From contig OZ024741.1 of the NCBI GenBank assembly GCA_964016885.1, positions 186,124,001 to 186,188,000 of the forward strand: 64,000 nucleotides of DNA, read 5' to 3'. The stretch comes from Eledone cirrhosa. Lineage: Eukaryota. Shown here in pieces: positions 39,834 to 54,451 of this stretch. Position numbers and translations under genes: made by a program. Each line of letters starts with the position of its first letter. Within the stretch, counting starts at the first letter, position 1. The notes below the pieces were generated by a model. That model was not told the DNA's origin, did not search any database, and worked only from the letters and a program-made list of their open reading frames with translations.

Positions 39834-40084
39834 GGCATGTGAACATGCCAGAAAATACGAATTTCTCTGTTTATTAAAGTATGATAAACATCTTTAATCG
39901 ATATCCTTTCATCGATCTTATTGGACCCTCATTCGAAAATGTGTATATCGCCAAGTAAGTCTACAAGGAAACAGCTTCTAGTGCCTGTCTTACAATGTAT
40001 CTATATTAATTACCAACACGAGTGCTAATAATATGACAATTAGTATGTCCAATGGGGCGTACTGTCACCTCTCTTGCTCATTAT

Positions 40085-40885
40085 TTACATGAATAGGATT
40101 GACATGCGCAGCCGGGTGGGAAGTGATATAATGGCTGGTGGGTGTAAAATCAGTCGACTGGAATTTGCAGACAACATGGGATTACTTAACTCGTCAAGAG
40201 CTGCTCTTTGACTTGCATCTGATAGGGTTTTATGCTGAGTGCTGCATGGCTGGAATGAACATGAGTGCACACTACATGTGAGTGGAGTTCCACTGAAGCA
40301 GGTAGAGAAGTCCAAGTATCTCGGGGACGTGCCCACGAGTGGTGGAAGGCAGGAGGCTGAATTAAGTTCAAGAATTTTACGATCTGTTGCAGTAATGTCT
40401 CAACTTCAGCATTCTGTAATAGAAGAATGGGGGTAGCCATAGAAAGCCAAACTCGCTATCTACAATTCGGTTTTCGCGATAGCCATTACCTATGGTTATG
40501 AATCGTGGTTAATGAACTATAAAAATGGGATTCCTGCAAAGTAGTAGTTGTAGTAACGTTACTGGATTAGGTTCGTAGCTCGGAGATCAGCAAGTCACTC
40601 CTGGTAAAGCCACTACTTCTCCGAATTGAGAGATCACAGCTCCGATACTATGGGCATATGGTTAGAATGTCCCAGGAAAGAATTGCTGGACTGATTTTAC
40701 GAGCAAAACCGACCGCCAAGAGACCCAGGGATAGACCCCAAGAAAAATGTTTGGTTAACATCCATGAGCTTGGCTGATCTCGCTTGGGAATCTAACCGGG
40801 AGAGTTGGAGACGGTTGGTTCTGACAGGAACCAATGGAAGGAGTGTTTGAGGACAATGTCCCCAAAACCCTCCCAGAAATAAGTG
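40085..40885 (+). mobile_element. Decayed RTE-clade LINE 3' fragment
   Basis: LEFADN, LKQVEKSKYLG, ITYGYESW, QLRYYGHMVRM..KRPRDRP; ends at (GAA)n. Confidence 0.75.
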
Positions 40886-40969
40886 GGTGAAGAAGAAGAA
40901 GAAGAAGAAGAAGAAGAAGAAGAAGAAGAAGAAGAAGAAGAAGAAGAAGAAGAAGAAGAAGAAGAAGAA

Positions 40970-41209
40970 GACTGAATTAAAGAAAAAGCAAGCTATTGAT
41001 CAAGTGTGGGTGTCTATGTGCTTGTGTGTGTGGGTGTGTGTGGGCGGGGATAGATCTCCGTCGGTTTTGAGGATGACGGTGCCAGATGTTTGAACATCGG
41101 AAGAGCCGGTCTGGTGCTGAAAATTTGAGTGACACGTGCAATCTTAACGTAGATCTCGGGGAGATTCAGCTTTTCTTAGTGCGTCAAAAAGCTGACCATT
41201 TGAATACCA
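40970..41209 (+). mobile_element. About 240-bp repeat embedded in (GAA)n
   Basis: Copy of 18140-18380 with (GAA)n on both sides. Confidence 0.85.
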
Positions 41210-41368
41210 AAGAAGAAGAAGAAGAAGAAGAAGAAGAAGAATGTCCATTTCAGAGAAAATATTATGAGCGTATGTGTATGTATACCAATCAAATACCTGT
41301 TTCCTCTTGACTGATTGGATGATAGACACGCCTTCTGATGAGAATCCTATAAGTCTATATTATAAACG

Positions 41369-41717
41369 TATATATAAAGTTATATCTGTAACAATACAGA
41401 GTGTTTAACTGAGACTGTGCCAACGTGTATAAGAATATACACATATCTAATTTGTATGCATGTAAACATACCTGAAGATACAAATTTCCCAGTAAAATGA
41501 AAAAATTATAAACATCTTTATTCAATTTTCGCATCTTATAGAGTCTATAAGATGCGAAAATTGATTAAAGATGTTTATAATTTTTTCATTTTACTGGGAA
41601 ATTCGTATCTTAAGGTATGTTTACATGCCTACAAATTAGATATGTGTATATTCTTATACACGTTGGCACAGTCTCAGTTAAACACTCTGTATTGTTACAG
41701 ATATAACTTTATATATA
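41369..41717. repeat. About 349-bp near-perfect hairpin (MITE or fold-back)
   Basis: Arms are reverse-complementary around tatagagtctata (centre 41543) with a few mismatches; diverged arm fragment at about 36665-36720. Confidence 0.9.
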
Positions 41718-41771
41718 TATAGGTATACGAGATATCTATTCATATATAATGTATATAGAGGAAAAGTTCGG

Positions 41772-41907
41772 ATCTAGCTGTCGAAACAGCTGGAGGTCAG
41801 CCGTTGGGGTCCTGACTCTTTTCCTATTATCCATTCTACTATCCTAAGTATTGAGTACTCTGGCGCGTTATGGTCCACCTGGTATCTTACCACACCCTCT
41901 TTGTTAT
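41772..41907 (+). mobile_element. Short (TA)n-anchored dispersed repeat
   Basis: Diverged inverted copy at about 58160-58292. Confidence 0.7.
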
Positions 41908-42306
41908 AAATATATATATATACATATATATGTGTGTGTGTGTGCGTGTGTGTGTGTGTGCGTGTGAGTGTGTCCAGTCTCCTTCTCAACAAGGAAGATG
42001 AAAATTACTTACCTCAACACTTAATTTTGAATCTTTGATTTTTAGTTTTTAATCGTTATTAATTCTTTTCAATTGTAATACTCAACATTTGATAAGATGA
42101 ATTTTACTAATACCTCGAAACCGGTAATACTTTATATACTTTATATCTATTATAAAACTCTTTTCTTAAAAGAATTGTCCCTCTCATTTTTTCAATAATG
42201 CCACTTTGACGAATCAAAGAAAGGGAAAAAAAGGAAAACAGACCCTTAAATATATTGTCCGTACTATTTCCAATTTTACCTTTTTTATATACATACATAC
42301 ACACAG

Positions 42307-42370
<64 letters not shown>

Positions 42371-43331
42371 CCTGGGAAAACCATTAGAGGAATTGTATTT
42401 TTATAGGGTGAGGTGCGAGTTTTGTTCTTGTTCCTAATCACTCTGAATAGTGTATTGATTCGTGTTTTGTGCTTTATATTATATATAAGTGTCGTGTCAG
42501 TTCTATGATTTGAATTGTTATTTAATTTGTTATAATATTATTTATTGATTTGTTTGTTTGTTGTTATGTTTCAGTCGGTTTTGTGTACTTTTGACGTAGA
42601 GCATTTGGTTTTAATGAGGCTGATTATTTCTTGTGTATAATTAAGATTTTACACTTTACGTTTACTTTGTATGATATAATTTTGGATGTATCTATAAATA
42701 TTTTCTTGTAAGTATATAAAGTAATGTTTATGTTGGTGATTTTGACATATGTTAAATTCTTTTTAAAATCCTTAATTCCGTTTCTTTGTGATTTTTGTAG
42801 AGGCTATAGTGGTGAGGTCAATATGGTCTCGCTCAAGGAAACTAAAGTTACATTTCCACTTCATATAACATCTTTGTATATCTGTCTATGTTTTTGTAGC
42901 AGTAACAATTCTATTATTTCTTCTTCATAAGTACCGATCATCACACAGACATTCCGTGTAACAAAATAAATATCTCAAACCCATTGAAGGATACAAACGA
43001 GTAAAAAAATGCAAATAACGAATTCAAACTCTGTAATTGCTTATATATATAGTTTAGACAGGTTACAGGTTTTATTATTGTATGTTTTTTTTTATTTTTT
43101 GTTTTTTGTGTTTTTTGTCAATATAATTTAATAATGGGTCTGACTTCACTTCTCTGAACTGATACCAAATATAAGAGATAAATATTTTATAAATAAGAAA
43201 AGTTTATCTTCTAAAATGGGCATACTTATTTCTCACTCTTCTCTTTCCATTTCCGTTTTCACTCTATCTGTTTGTACATCTATCCCATTCCTCCTTTCTT
43301 ACATCATACACACACACACACACACATGTAC

Positions 43332-43382
<51 letters not shown>

Positions 43383-43512
43383 ATTTTTCTATTTCCATCA
43401 AGAACCCCTCATACAAAGTAAATTAAAGATCTAAAATCATGTCGCCTGAGTATTAAATGACATCTACATATTTTTCAGCCGATATTATCAATCTGACCCC
43501 CCCCTCTCTCTC

Positions 43513-43600
<88 letters not shown>

Positions 43601-43745
43601 AGTGTGCGCGTTTGTCTCTGTGTGTGTCTGTGTATAGATACATACATCTATTTACAAATATATATATATAGGATGTCCCAGAAAAATGTATGCATATTTT
43701 TTATTAGAATTCTGTATATAAAATGTACATATATATATATATAAC

Positions 43746-43793
<48 letters not shown>

Positions 43794-43812
43794 CTGTATG
43801 AATGTTTGTATG

Positions 43813-43868
<56 letters not shown>

Positions 43869-44763
43869 ACTTTATTTCTCACATTCCCGCCAACATCTCT
43901 CCTCAATTTTATGTTTGGTAAAGTTAAGTTCCATAAAATAATTGCATATTTTTTTCATTAGTTTAAATGACTTTTTCTAGATAAATATTGCAAATAAAGA
44001 AGTAATTTTTATGGAAATGTCAAAAGACGTATTCCAAATAATTTTATGTTATTGTTGTTTTATTACATTTTTCATTTTGTTGCGTTTTAATGTTTAGCTT
44101 GTCATTTTACTTAAATATCTAGGGATGAGTACCGTTTTTTTTTTTACGTGGCGGGTCGGAATGGTTCAACTCAATTTACATAAGGCAACTATGAATTTAT
44201 TGTAGCGATATAAATATATATTAATTTATTTTTATCACTCACAAGACTTCTCCAGCTTGGAGAACGAGGGTTTAACTATGAAAGGGGTACGCGTGAAACT
44301 AGATATGCATTTAAAAAAAATCGCATACAACCATGTGTTTACAGATTTGGTCACACTGTGCTACAACATTGAAATGTGTGTTAAACATTATAGCCACATG
44401 TTGCTCAATGGTATATAAGTAGAGTCTTGGTATACGGAAGATGTTGGGAAGCACGTCGGCTTAAACCCCCCTCTCTCTCACTTTCTCTCTCTCTTTCGCT
44501 GTCTCTCTCTCTCTCTAAATATGTATATATGTATCTGGCTATATATATATACGTATGTGTATATATATATATATATATTTACTATAAGGATAAGGAAAAT
44601 GGATTCAGTGTTGCATCATAACATATTTAATAACACATCACATATGTTTCACTATCGATCAGCTCGAGGCAAGACCTATTATAGATCAAACCTGACTCCA
44701 TAATCGAAAGATCGTCAGATATACTTAGTATATGATTTCGTCTCCGAAACTATACAACCATAC

Positions 44764-44844
<81 letters not shown>

Positions 44845-45190
44845 TATGCATATCCATATATAGTGGTCCTAAATTCGAATTCTATAAAAAGAAAACCTTA
44901 CTTACTGTAGTAATTTTTCTCTCTACTATAGCTCCCATGATCAGTGAAATCTGATCACATTTTGATTGTGCTACACAACTATTGCAAACGAATTACCTTT
45001 CATACCACACATATGTCATAATGCATGTCTGGGACACTCGTGTATATTACTGAGACAGGTTCTAATCCCTAACATCAAAAGCGTAAAACGAAAGGTAAGC
45101 AAACGTAATATATTCATACTAGGAAAGATTACAGAACCACAAGATCAACTGAGTACTCAGTATACAGGTAAGATCATTTCATATAATAGA

Positions 45191-45534
45191 CCGTGGATCT
45201 ACAACCTTTTGGGTCCGCGGGCTGGATAGCCATGCAGCGGTACCCCGCGGGCTGGATGCGCAATTAATACTACTTATATACACATAAGTAATTATTTATT
45301 TATCCCTTATGTTAGATTTGAAACAAAATTCAATATCGATACTTAGAGCTGTCCCAAGCAGATAAATACATTTAAACAATTTTTTATTCGACAAATATCG
45401 ATAGATGGGGTGCGAATTTATTGCAAACTGTACCCTTTTTAGAACCCTCGCGGGCAGGATAAATGCCTTCGTGGGCTGGATTGAAACCCTTCGCGGGCCG
45501 GATGTGGCCCGCGGGCCGTGTGTTGGGGACCCTG
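45191..45534. mobile_element. Non-autonomous hAT (Charlie-like) element
   Basis: Right end gcgggccggatgtggcccgcgggccgtgtgttggggaccctg; repeated cgcgggc(t/c)ggat subterminal motifs; both flanks contain tagac. Confidence 0.7.
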
Positions 45535-48500
45535 GTGTAGACTATTTATACTAGGGCAGATTGTACGCTGAAGCAGCACCGAGTTATAACGAAGTCAATA
45601 AGATGAACCTGTTTCGATCGACGGTGCGTCCAAGAAATCTTAGCTGAAAATTTCTGGTAGGAAATTTCTTACCTATGCCAAGACCCAGTTTAGAATACAG
45701 ATATAGCCCATTTTACTAACACCAAAGCGTTCTCAGGACGTATATATAATTAGCTGCAGCATCTTTTGCATGGTAAGCTGCAAATAATATTGATGAGTGC
45801 TGAACTATTTCTTGGTTATAAAGTGGAATCTAGCTCAACAATACCGATCACCCTATATAACATATGCAGTGTCTTATCGAATCAGCAAAACTACAGATAC
45901 ATTGTTTATGAAAACAGTTTCGTAAAACCGCTATATGTACTTTATTTGCAAAGCAGTAAAACGACAACACTTTTAGGAACTTGGTCAATGATAGAATACC
46001 TTAGAAACGTATTCCTCCTTTTTGTTTGTGCCATTCATTTCATTTTTCGTTGTAAATAAGAATTTGGTTTAATGCGCAACAGGAATATATTTGTAAACAG
46101 AAACAAAATATTTAGGGAAACGGCCTAGTAATAATATTTCAAGATGAACAGAAAATACAATGATATAGATAGTAAATTAACGAAGAAAAAGATAGACAAA
46201 CACATAAAAATATATATCAGATAAACAATGTTTAAACATATACGTATGGTTTCGATGTAATATATATTTTATAAACGTAATAAAATATATTTCGCAGTTG
46301 CCAGTTTGCCCTTACCTATGTTATTTTCATAAAGTATTTATCCTCGTGACTGTGGAGTTAAGGTGGTAATTTGCAATCAATTCAACTGCGTGGTACCTTC
46401 AGCAAAAATCTTTTTTTATAGATTTCGGATAGCGAAATCATTGTGAGGGTAATTTTGTGAAAGAGAACTGCATTGAAATCTCTCGAGGACACTGTTCTTG
46501 CTGTTGTGCAGTAGAGATTCAATCATTCATCCAATTAAACACCGAGAGAGAATTCTTTGTGGGATTAGCATGGGTCTAAAGATAATTCTCGACTTTCCTT
46601 CTGATAGTCAAAGTCCCTGAAATATAGTTAAGGGCGTTGGCCTTTGCCCAATGATTAAATTATTACAAGTTTAGATGAATTTCTTGCTGCTTTTTTATCT
46701 GAAAACGTCGCAATTTGCAAGCGAGAAACAAACGAAATGTTGTAAGAAAAGCACACAAGAATTTTTTGTACATAGCAGTAATTCCTGAAGTTAAAACAGA
46801 AAACATCTTGATATAAATTTGTAAATATGAAAGTATTTCATAAAGAAAATAGTAACAAAAATGTAAAGAGCATCAATATTAACAACAAGAATTACTACTA
46901 CAACTAATGATACAACTACTGGAACACCAGCGATTACAATTAAAACGACAGCAATAATAACAATAAAAGCAAGGAACAGAAACAATAACTATATAAACAA
47001 CAAAAATAAGTATAAAAATAAATATAATATAATCTCCTACTACTACAACAGTAACAATAACAATATTTTGGCAATGCGATTTGTTGTTTTTGTTTCCATC
47101 TCCGAGACTTGCCAGAAAGGTTAACTGACTACGCATGGAAGTAACAGTGTATAACGGAAATAGTGGAGCATTTCAATTACGTATGATCTTGCGAAATAAC
47201 ATCACATCCACTTCAATTATGACAACACTGGAACTACACCAAGCTCTACATAAATCAAGACGATATTACAATACACTGTACTACACTACATTAAACAACA
47301 CTACACCACACTATACTATATGCCATGCCATGTCATATAGAATATATGGGCATGCTTGCCATATAGAAACTCTTGCTTTTAGTGTTTAGGGTAGGTAAAG
47401 GGAATTGAACATCACTTAGTATAGTTCAAAAATGATTTTTTAGAATATGTGATGAAGCATTGTCCTATTTACCATGTGAGCCTTGTGCATACCATTTTGA
47501 AATCTGGCGACTGTATTACAATTTACATCGAATCGGTCTCTATTGTGTCTTCTCTCTAACCTAGTAGTTTTGTCATCAACATTACAAACTGTAGAGTTTT
47601 GTAATCCATGCTCACTGAAGGCGAGATATTTGTCACCGAACCTTACGCTTTGACAGCTAGAAAGTGGCAAAAGCTCTCGCAAGTTTCCTCCGACGAACGT
47701 ACAGCATTTGTGATTTTCGTGGTCCGACTCTTTCAATCTAACAGATTGTTACTATCTTGTGTTGCATGTGCAACACTCTGGATACCTCATTGCAGAGGTG
47801 AACTAACCAACGGCAATGTATACTCATGCCATTGCTTGAATCCAGTTGAGAGCACGAGGTCTTGAGTATGTTGTTCTTCTGTAAAGTGATATTAGTAATA
47901 GGGCAATATGCAGTTTGGTGACATTGTTCGTATTTTTCCTAAAAATGTTCTCTCCGATCACTCGATAGCAGAATTGTTGTTCCTCTGTATCCTTGTTATG
48001 CAATAGCATATTAGAATGATTTAACTTGTTTTGGTATCTGAGTGCATGTTAAAATGTCTCATGATATTAGGGATATTTTTTTCTGGTTAGGATATATGAT
48101 AGGTAGTGCAAGGGAAACTGCTTAGGTAAAAGCTCTTGGCAAGAGAAGTATGAAGTGATATGATACATCTCATACATGCGAACTGACGTTCCAGCCAGTT
48201 TAGACTGCAGAACGTCAATCAAAGAAAGCCGATACCACTTTGGTAACCTTACAAGAAGGTGTAATCCTCACTTACCTTGATACGAGAGACTTCTCCGCGT
48301 TGTCGTATTTTTGTATTTTGCAATATCTATACTGTAGCTTCTCAGCTCATTTGCTTCATAGGCAGTTCGACGCTGAGCTCGGTTTATGTAATTGCCTAAA
48401 TATATTCTACATCCTAAACCTGAGTAGTGCATTGAGTTTCTTACCTTTACAACTTTCTTGTTGAGGAACGGGGATGCTTGGTATATTTTTAAGCTACCTA

Positions 48501-48809
48501 ATCAAGCAATTTTCCCGGTAGTATGAGCAATGTGGTCGGCATAGAAAACTTCTGAGTCTTACAGAAATTTGCGGGGGCAAATCCTTTTCAATCTTAATTG
48601 GCAACGATTGTTGCCTCCATGCTGTTGAGATGCAGAGTTCTGATTAGAAGTTTCCAGCACATTCGTTATCTGCTCCCATCTCTAGACTATTTCCAACCTC
48701 CATACTTTAGGAATCAAACAGCTGTATTATGATGTTGGGATGAACATATTGCAGTATAATTATCTTTCCTGTAGAGATAGATCTAATGGCAATTATTATT
48801 GACTGGTGG

Positions 48810-49250
48810 AACCTTGAGTTCTGGAACATTGAGCAGCGGAACATTATTATGGAATTATCATTGAGGGACGGGATATTGAATGACAAAACATTGGAGAAAA
48901 TAATATTATCACCTTTACATTAGCTCTTTCCAAAGATAGGATGAAACGAAAGAGACTATGCGAGGACACAGAAAATTGAGTAAATTAACATTTAACGATG
49001 TAACACTGAATGATAGATTAATGAATGATAGGACATTTAGTGAGGGAACAATGAGGGATGAAGCAACGATAGCTGGAGAATTGAGTGACGGAATGTTGAG
49101 TGGCGGGGCGTTGAGTGACGGAATATTGTGTGAAAGATCATTGAGTGCAGGAACATCGAGTGACGGAATATTAATTGACATATCGTTGAGTGCAGAAACA
49201 TCAAAGGATGAAACATTAAGTGATATTGCTCTGATGAATGAAGTGCAAGA
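48810..49250. repeat. Degenerate tandem repeat with a basic period of about 15 bp (ttgagtgacggaata)
   Basis: Recurrent attgagtg units; source of the LSDG/PSLN pseudo-ORFs. Confidence 0.7.
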
Positions 49251-49459
49251 ATGGATCATTAAGTAAGGATGCATTGAATTTTTGTTTACTCGAAGGTGAT
49301 CTAGGGGGCCAGTTGTTGACAGTTTGGCTGATCACGCTACCAACAAGATTCAACATCAAAGGTGGATGAGTTGCATAACGTCGAGTTCTTTTCTTAATAT
49401 TATATCATGGTTAACTATATGAAATGGCCAGTTCTATCTAGTGGTGAATCACCAAACTT

Positions 49460-49760
49460 AGATATATCTATCTAAGGCGGGTAAAATTCCCGAGATCCAT
49501 GGACGAGTTCTCTCCAGCAGTCTCTGTCCCTTATTATCGCTGCCATATCCTGCATCTCCAACAGACCAGTGTCTGTCCTTAGGGCGTCAACATATGTTAA
49601 CCTTGGTCTCCCTCTTCTAGTGTGTCCATGTAGGGGCTCCCAAAGGAGCACTGAGTGCAATGTCAACTCTGGATGTCGGTGAGCATGTCCAGCCAACCTC
49701 AGTCTCCTCTGTGTCACTTTTGAGCTGACTCTTGGGATGCTCCCATACAGCTCTGAGTTT
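49460..49760 (-). mobile_element. RTE-clade LINE 3' fragment
   Basis: RRLRLAGHAHRHPE..LLWEPLHGHTRRGRPRLTYVD..DRDCWR. Confidence 0.8.
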
Positions 49761-49784
49761 ATATATATTATATTTATATATTAT

Positions 49785-50420
49785 ATTTATACTCGGAATT
49801 TTCCTAGAGTGCTTAAAATTATTTGTGACTAATCCCGGTCTTTTAAAAAAAAAAACCGCGATAATATTGCTATTTTGCTGAACTCCTTACATTTGTAGAG
49901 TTTTTTCGGAATGTTTTTTGACTGCTGTTTCAAGTAAACTGACATTCGTCTCATTCTGACGTCACCAGCTATGGCTCTCCGTGTGCGTTTATTTTCATAA
50001 TTACGCATGATGTGAACTAGCCTGCTTTTAAATTCCGTTTTTGGCATATTCTAAACTGTGGTCTAGGGTTATCGTGTTTTGAGCTCTGTTGACGATCGAT
50101 TACAAGCGTGAACATCCCCACTGTTAGTTTCGTGAAATAGTCTTTTTTAAGAAAATACAGAGCATTTGTAGTTTTTCCAAATTGAAGGATGAGTATTTAA
50201 ACTTTATTTTATTCAGATTTAAGGCTCTATAGATGTTTCCCTGGATTTCACAAAATTCTGTGGATAAATCTGTCTTGATTTTTTTTTTAATTGACTTTGA
50301 AATATTTTCCCACATCTTACGTTAACTATTTTTCCATTTTGACGTTATAGTCACTTATATATTATGAAATACTGTTAGCTTCTTGCTCACAATAATTTCT
50401 ATACTTTCATTTATATATAT
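49785..50420 (-). mobile_element. Unclassified repeat of about 640 bp (monomer)
   Basis: Homologous to 14066-14738; (TA)-rich ends. Confidence 0.8.
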
Positions 50421-50427
50421 ATACATA

Positions 50428-51170
50428 TGTATATATATGAGAATAAACGTGCTGCGGGTTGCTAATGGGTTACATATGAATAAAGTTAGTCCTTCATCAG
50501 TGATCTTCCAACCATCATTGGTATTTCATCGCTTTAAAGACCATATACCTCCGGTTGGTGCGAGCAACGGCTAAAAAAAGTCGTTGGGACACGTAAATAA
50601 AGGGGACACGAGTGTAAACAAACAAAGATGGTGAAGCAACGAAAAGTGAGGAAGAAGGAGTCAAGTCCCAAATTTCTATGAATTTAAATTCGGTGAAATC
50701 GTGAACGAGAGAGAATAAAGACCATCAAACCTGGTTGGAATGTGAGCAAGGAAGGAATTCCGTACAGGTCTAACGGGAGGAAGAAGGGATCTAGTCTGTG
50801 ATTTCGGTGAACGTAAGTTCTGTGAAATCGTAGACGAGAGAGAGAAAAAAGCGACCTGCCAGACCAAGAGTGTGAAAGAAAAGAATTACGCACAGGTCAA
50901 ACGGGAAGAAGGAGGAGGAGGAGAGGTAGTAACAGAGAATGAGTGAGTGAAGGGTGAGGAAGAGGCTAACAGAGAGAGTGACTGCTAGAGAGGGTAAAGA
51001 TACAGAGAAAGAGGAAGCAGTAAGAACGAAATAGACGGGTAACAGCGGGGGGAAAAAATATGTGTAAATATGAGAATAAACGTGCTGCGGGGTTGCTAAT
51101 GGGTTACATATGAATAAAGTTAGTCTTTCATCAGTGATCTTCCAACCATCATTGGTATTTCATCGCTTTA
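50428..51170 (+). mobile_element. Small non-coding LTR-like element (TRIM candidate)
   Basis: Direct repeats of about 110 bp starting TGT (50428-50536 and 51061-51170), each with two AATAAA; tggtgcgag at 50556 (PBS-like); ggggggaaaaaa just before the second repeat (PPT-like). Confidence 0.55.
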
Positions 51171-54064
51171 CCAATTTCTTTACCAATTTCTCTAGCAGTC
51201 ACTCTCTCTGTTAGCCTCTTCCTCACCCTTCACTCACTCATTCTCTGTTACTACCTCTCCTCCTCCTTCTTCCTTCTTATATGTATATATATAAATGGAA
51301 GTATAGAAATTATTGTATATATATATATATACAGAGAGAGATAGAAAGAGGGAAAGAGAGAGAGGGGGGGGGAGAGAGTTGTTTGTGATGAAATTACGTA
51401 ATTCTGTTTGTGTAATTTAGAATCGTTGCATAAACATTGTCATTATACAGAAAATAAAAAAAAAGTATGAAAATAAACACATGAAGTAGGAATACGTTCG
51501 CCAATCAGATCCCAGCATACATACATACCTACCTACTAATGTACTTCGGAGCTATTATATGTAAGAAATCTATTAATCAACATACGTCCAAGCGTAGGTT
51601 CATATACCCGCATATACATATATACATATTTACACATATATAAACGTACATACATTCGTGGACCCCCCCCCCCCCACACCACCACCACCACACACACACA
51701 TACACACACACACACACATACATACATATGTATGTATATATATATATACATGTAGATAGAATTTCATTGTTTACCACTGCTTTTGAAAGTACATATGGAG
51801 GTTAGTGGTGTGTGTAGGAAATGCAGTTTATGTAGGTTATGTAGGCCATGTGATGCCATACTCAAGGATTGTCACCTTGAAGATTCTTATTTAAAAGAGC
51901 ATCACATGTACCGTTAATACAGGTAGTATTTCACCTGGATTGTATAAAGAAAAAAATATATAGGTATTTGTTGACAGATTCTGTAACCAAGTGCTACTGC
52001 ACTTAACTAATTTTTTGTTTTTGTGTAAAATACTTATTATTCAGATTTTCTACGTCATAATATAAATATCTTCTGTGACGTAGACGCAAAAAAGGAGTTT
52101 GGAGCTGACACAATAAACTGTACTGCCTCAGTGGTAGTTATTTTATATCTGCCGGGAGAAAAAAAACAGTGTTAATCGCGACTAGGATTTGAACACAGAA
52201 AGTAAAAGATAAAAAGTAAATACATGATACGTTGTGTATATATAATTGTTTCTAGCATACGCCAAAGTCCATCGATTTTAAATGAAGGATAACGTTGACT
52301 AAACAAATCTCAGGCGTTTATAACGGTTTAGTGAGAGCTGGAAGAGCAGCAGGCATGGCACATTGTTAGGCTTCTGTGGCAGATGAGAGGAAGGGATGAA
52401 GTTATACCTGGCCTAAATGCTAGCAACAGAGAAAACAAAACTAAATGTAGACAAGAGCCAGGTGTGAGTGCTAATCTGGGTGATTAATTAAATATGTACA
52501 AGGTGACAAATTTCACTTAGAAGCTTTTGGTCGTCTCAATGTTTGTGGTGAAAGACTCTTGATTAAGTTGCAATGTATCGGGCTCGAATCCACAATTTAG
52601 TTACGAAGTGAACTACCTGACCACATAGACATAGACATAGTTGTATCCATATTAATGGACACCAGATGAATGCAAATCAAAATCAACTTTGACAAGTCAT
52701 GAATTTGGCACCTACAGTAACCTGACAAATAATAGCAATAATCGTTTCTGAGGTAAGACTGAAATATTACGATGTTTTTATTCGCAAGTATGTTATCGGG
52801 TTATTTCTCACTGTACGACACCGTAGAAAATATCTTTGGTTCGAAATAATTTTTGTGAATGAAGTTTGGTTTAGGAAGACATCGTATGCCAGTGGGAGGA
52901 TCTGTACCTGTTTTAAATTGACATACTTTACCTGTAAGCTGGTTTAAAACTAGTAACTGATCATTCTGTGTATTTGACGTTATCCAGCCTTTCTCAAGCA
53001 TTCAAGTGTGGATCCCTAACTACAGGAATATCGTTCATTTTCTCCTACAAGTCACGGATGCATTGAGAAGTGCCACGGACTCTTCCCTTTCTTACTTGAC
53101 TAGACAATTATTTAAAAAAATGTTTAAAAAAAAACCTAAGTTAGAATGTAGATATTTTAACTCCTTAAATTGAAACCAAATTGATATTCTATAAACCCCT
53201 GTGGATTAAACTGTAAAGTTAACACCGACTGGAATGGAATTCAGAATGTTGAGTGTCTCCACATACCACAAAGCAAATAGTCTGCGTTTTTATTTCTAAT
53301 ATACGCAATAGTCCATACATTTTAAATAAGGATATCGTTTATCAGATTATCCTAGTACTTAACTGGTACCTACATTATTCATTCTCAGAAGGCTGAAATA
53401 CAAATCTGTCACCCAGAAGATTGAATTTAAATTGAAAAGACACGTAGCCATTCTATAGATTTTGATATATATTTCAAATGTTAGGGGAGTGATATAATCG
53501 ATATAATCAATTAATACTACGCTTGTATTTCCAATTTTATTAATCCCGTAATTCAAAGTAAGCAAAGGTGGGATTTGAACTCGATCCTCAGTGTCCGTAA
53601 CTTAATAATGCAGCCATTTTGTCCGCTACTCTAAACATCACCACAGCTGCGGTTTACTGCTGCTGCAGCTGCTGCTAATACTACTATTACCACTACATCT
53701 ACGACTCCAAATACAAATAACATTACTACTACTACTACTACTACTACTAACTCTACTTCTACTACTGCTGCTGCTTTTGGTGTTGCTACTGCTGCTTCAG
53801 ATACTGCTAATGCTTCCAATGCTATTCTGTTAAAATTGCTGCTTTGCACTACTTCTACTACTGCTGTTATATTGTTGCTGATGTCGTCGCTACTACTACT
53901 ACTACAAAGACTAGTACTACAACTACTACATCTGCTACTACTCCAACTACTACTGCTGTTTCGTTGTTATTGCAGCAGATTCAACTGAATACGCAGCATT
54001 TTTACTGATACCATTCCACCGCCTACTACTACTACTACTACTACTACTATAACCACGCTACCAA

Positions 54065-54395
54065 TAATAATTGTTTCTACGTTAGGCACAAGGCTAGCAA
54101 TTATCCCAGTGCATTACTGGTACTTTATTTTATCGACCCCCGTAAGGATGAAAGGCAAAGTTAAACTTGGCGTGATTTGAACGCTACCAATAATAATTGT
54201 TTCTACTTTTGGCACAAGGCCAGCAATTACCCAGTACATTACTGGTACTTTATTTTATCGACCCCCGTAAGGATGAAAGGCAAAGTTAACCTCGGCTACC
54301 AATAATAATAATACTATTACTGTTGTTGCTGCTGCTTCTGCTGCGAATACTACTACCACTAAAACTACTACAACTACTACTCCAAATACAAAAAG

Positions 54396-54451
<56 letters not shown>

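Noticed and set aside
47440-48700. Helitron/Pif1 helicase remnant (GGNLRELLP resembling GGDFRQILP)
   Set aside because: Single weak motif with no Walker A found; needs a translated search
50480-50535. Minus-strand CTGATGA within the LTR-like repeat
   Set aside because: No stem II or downstream GAAA; the helices cannot be built
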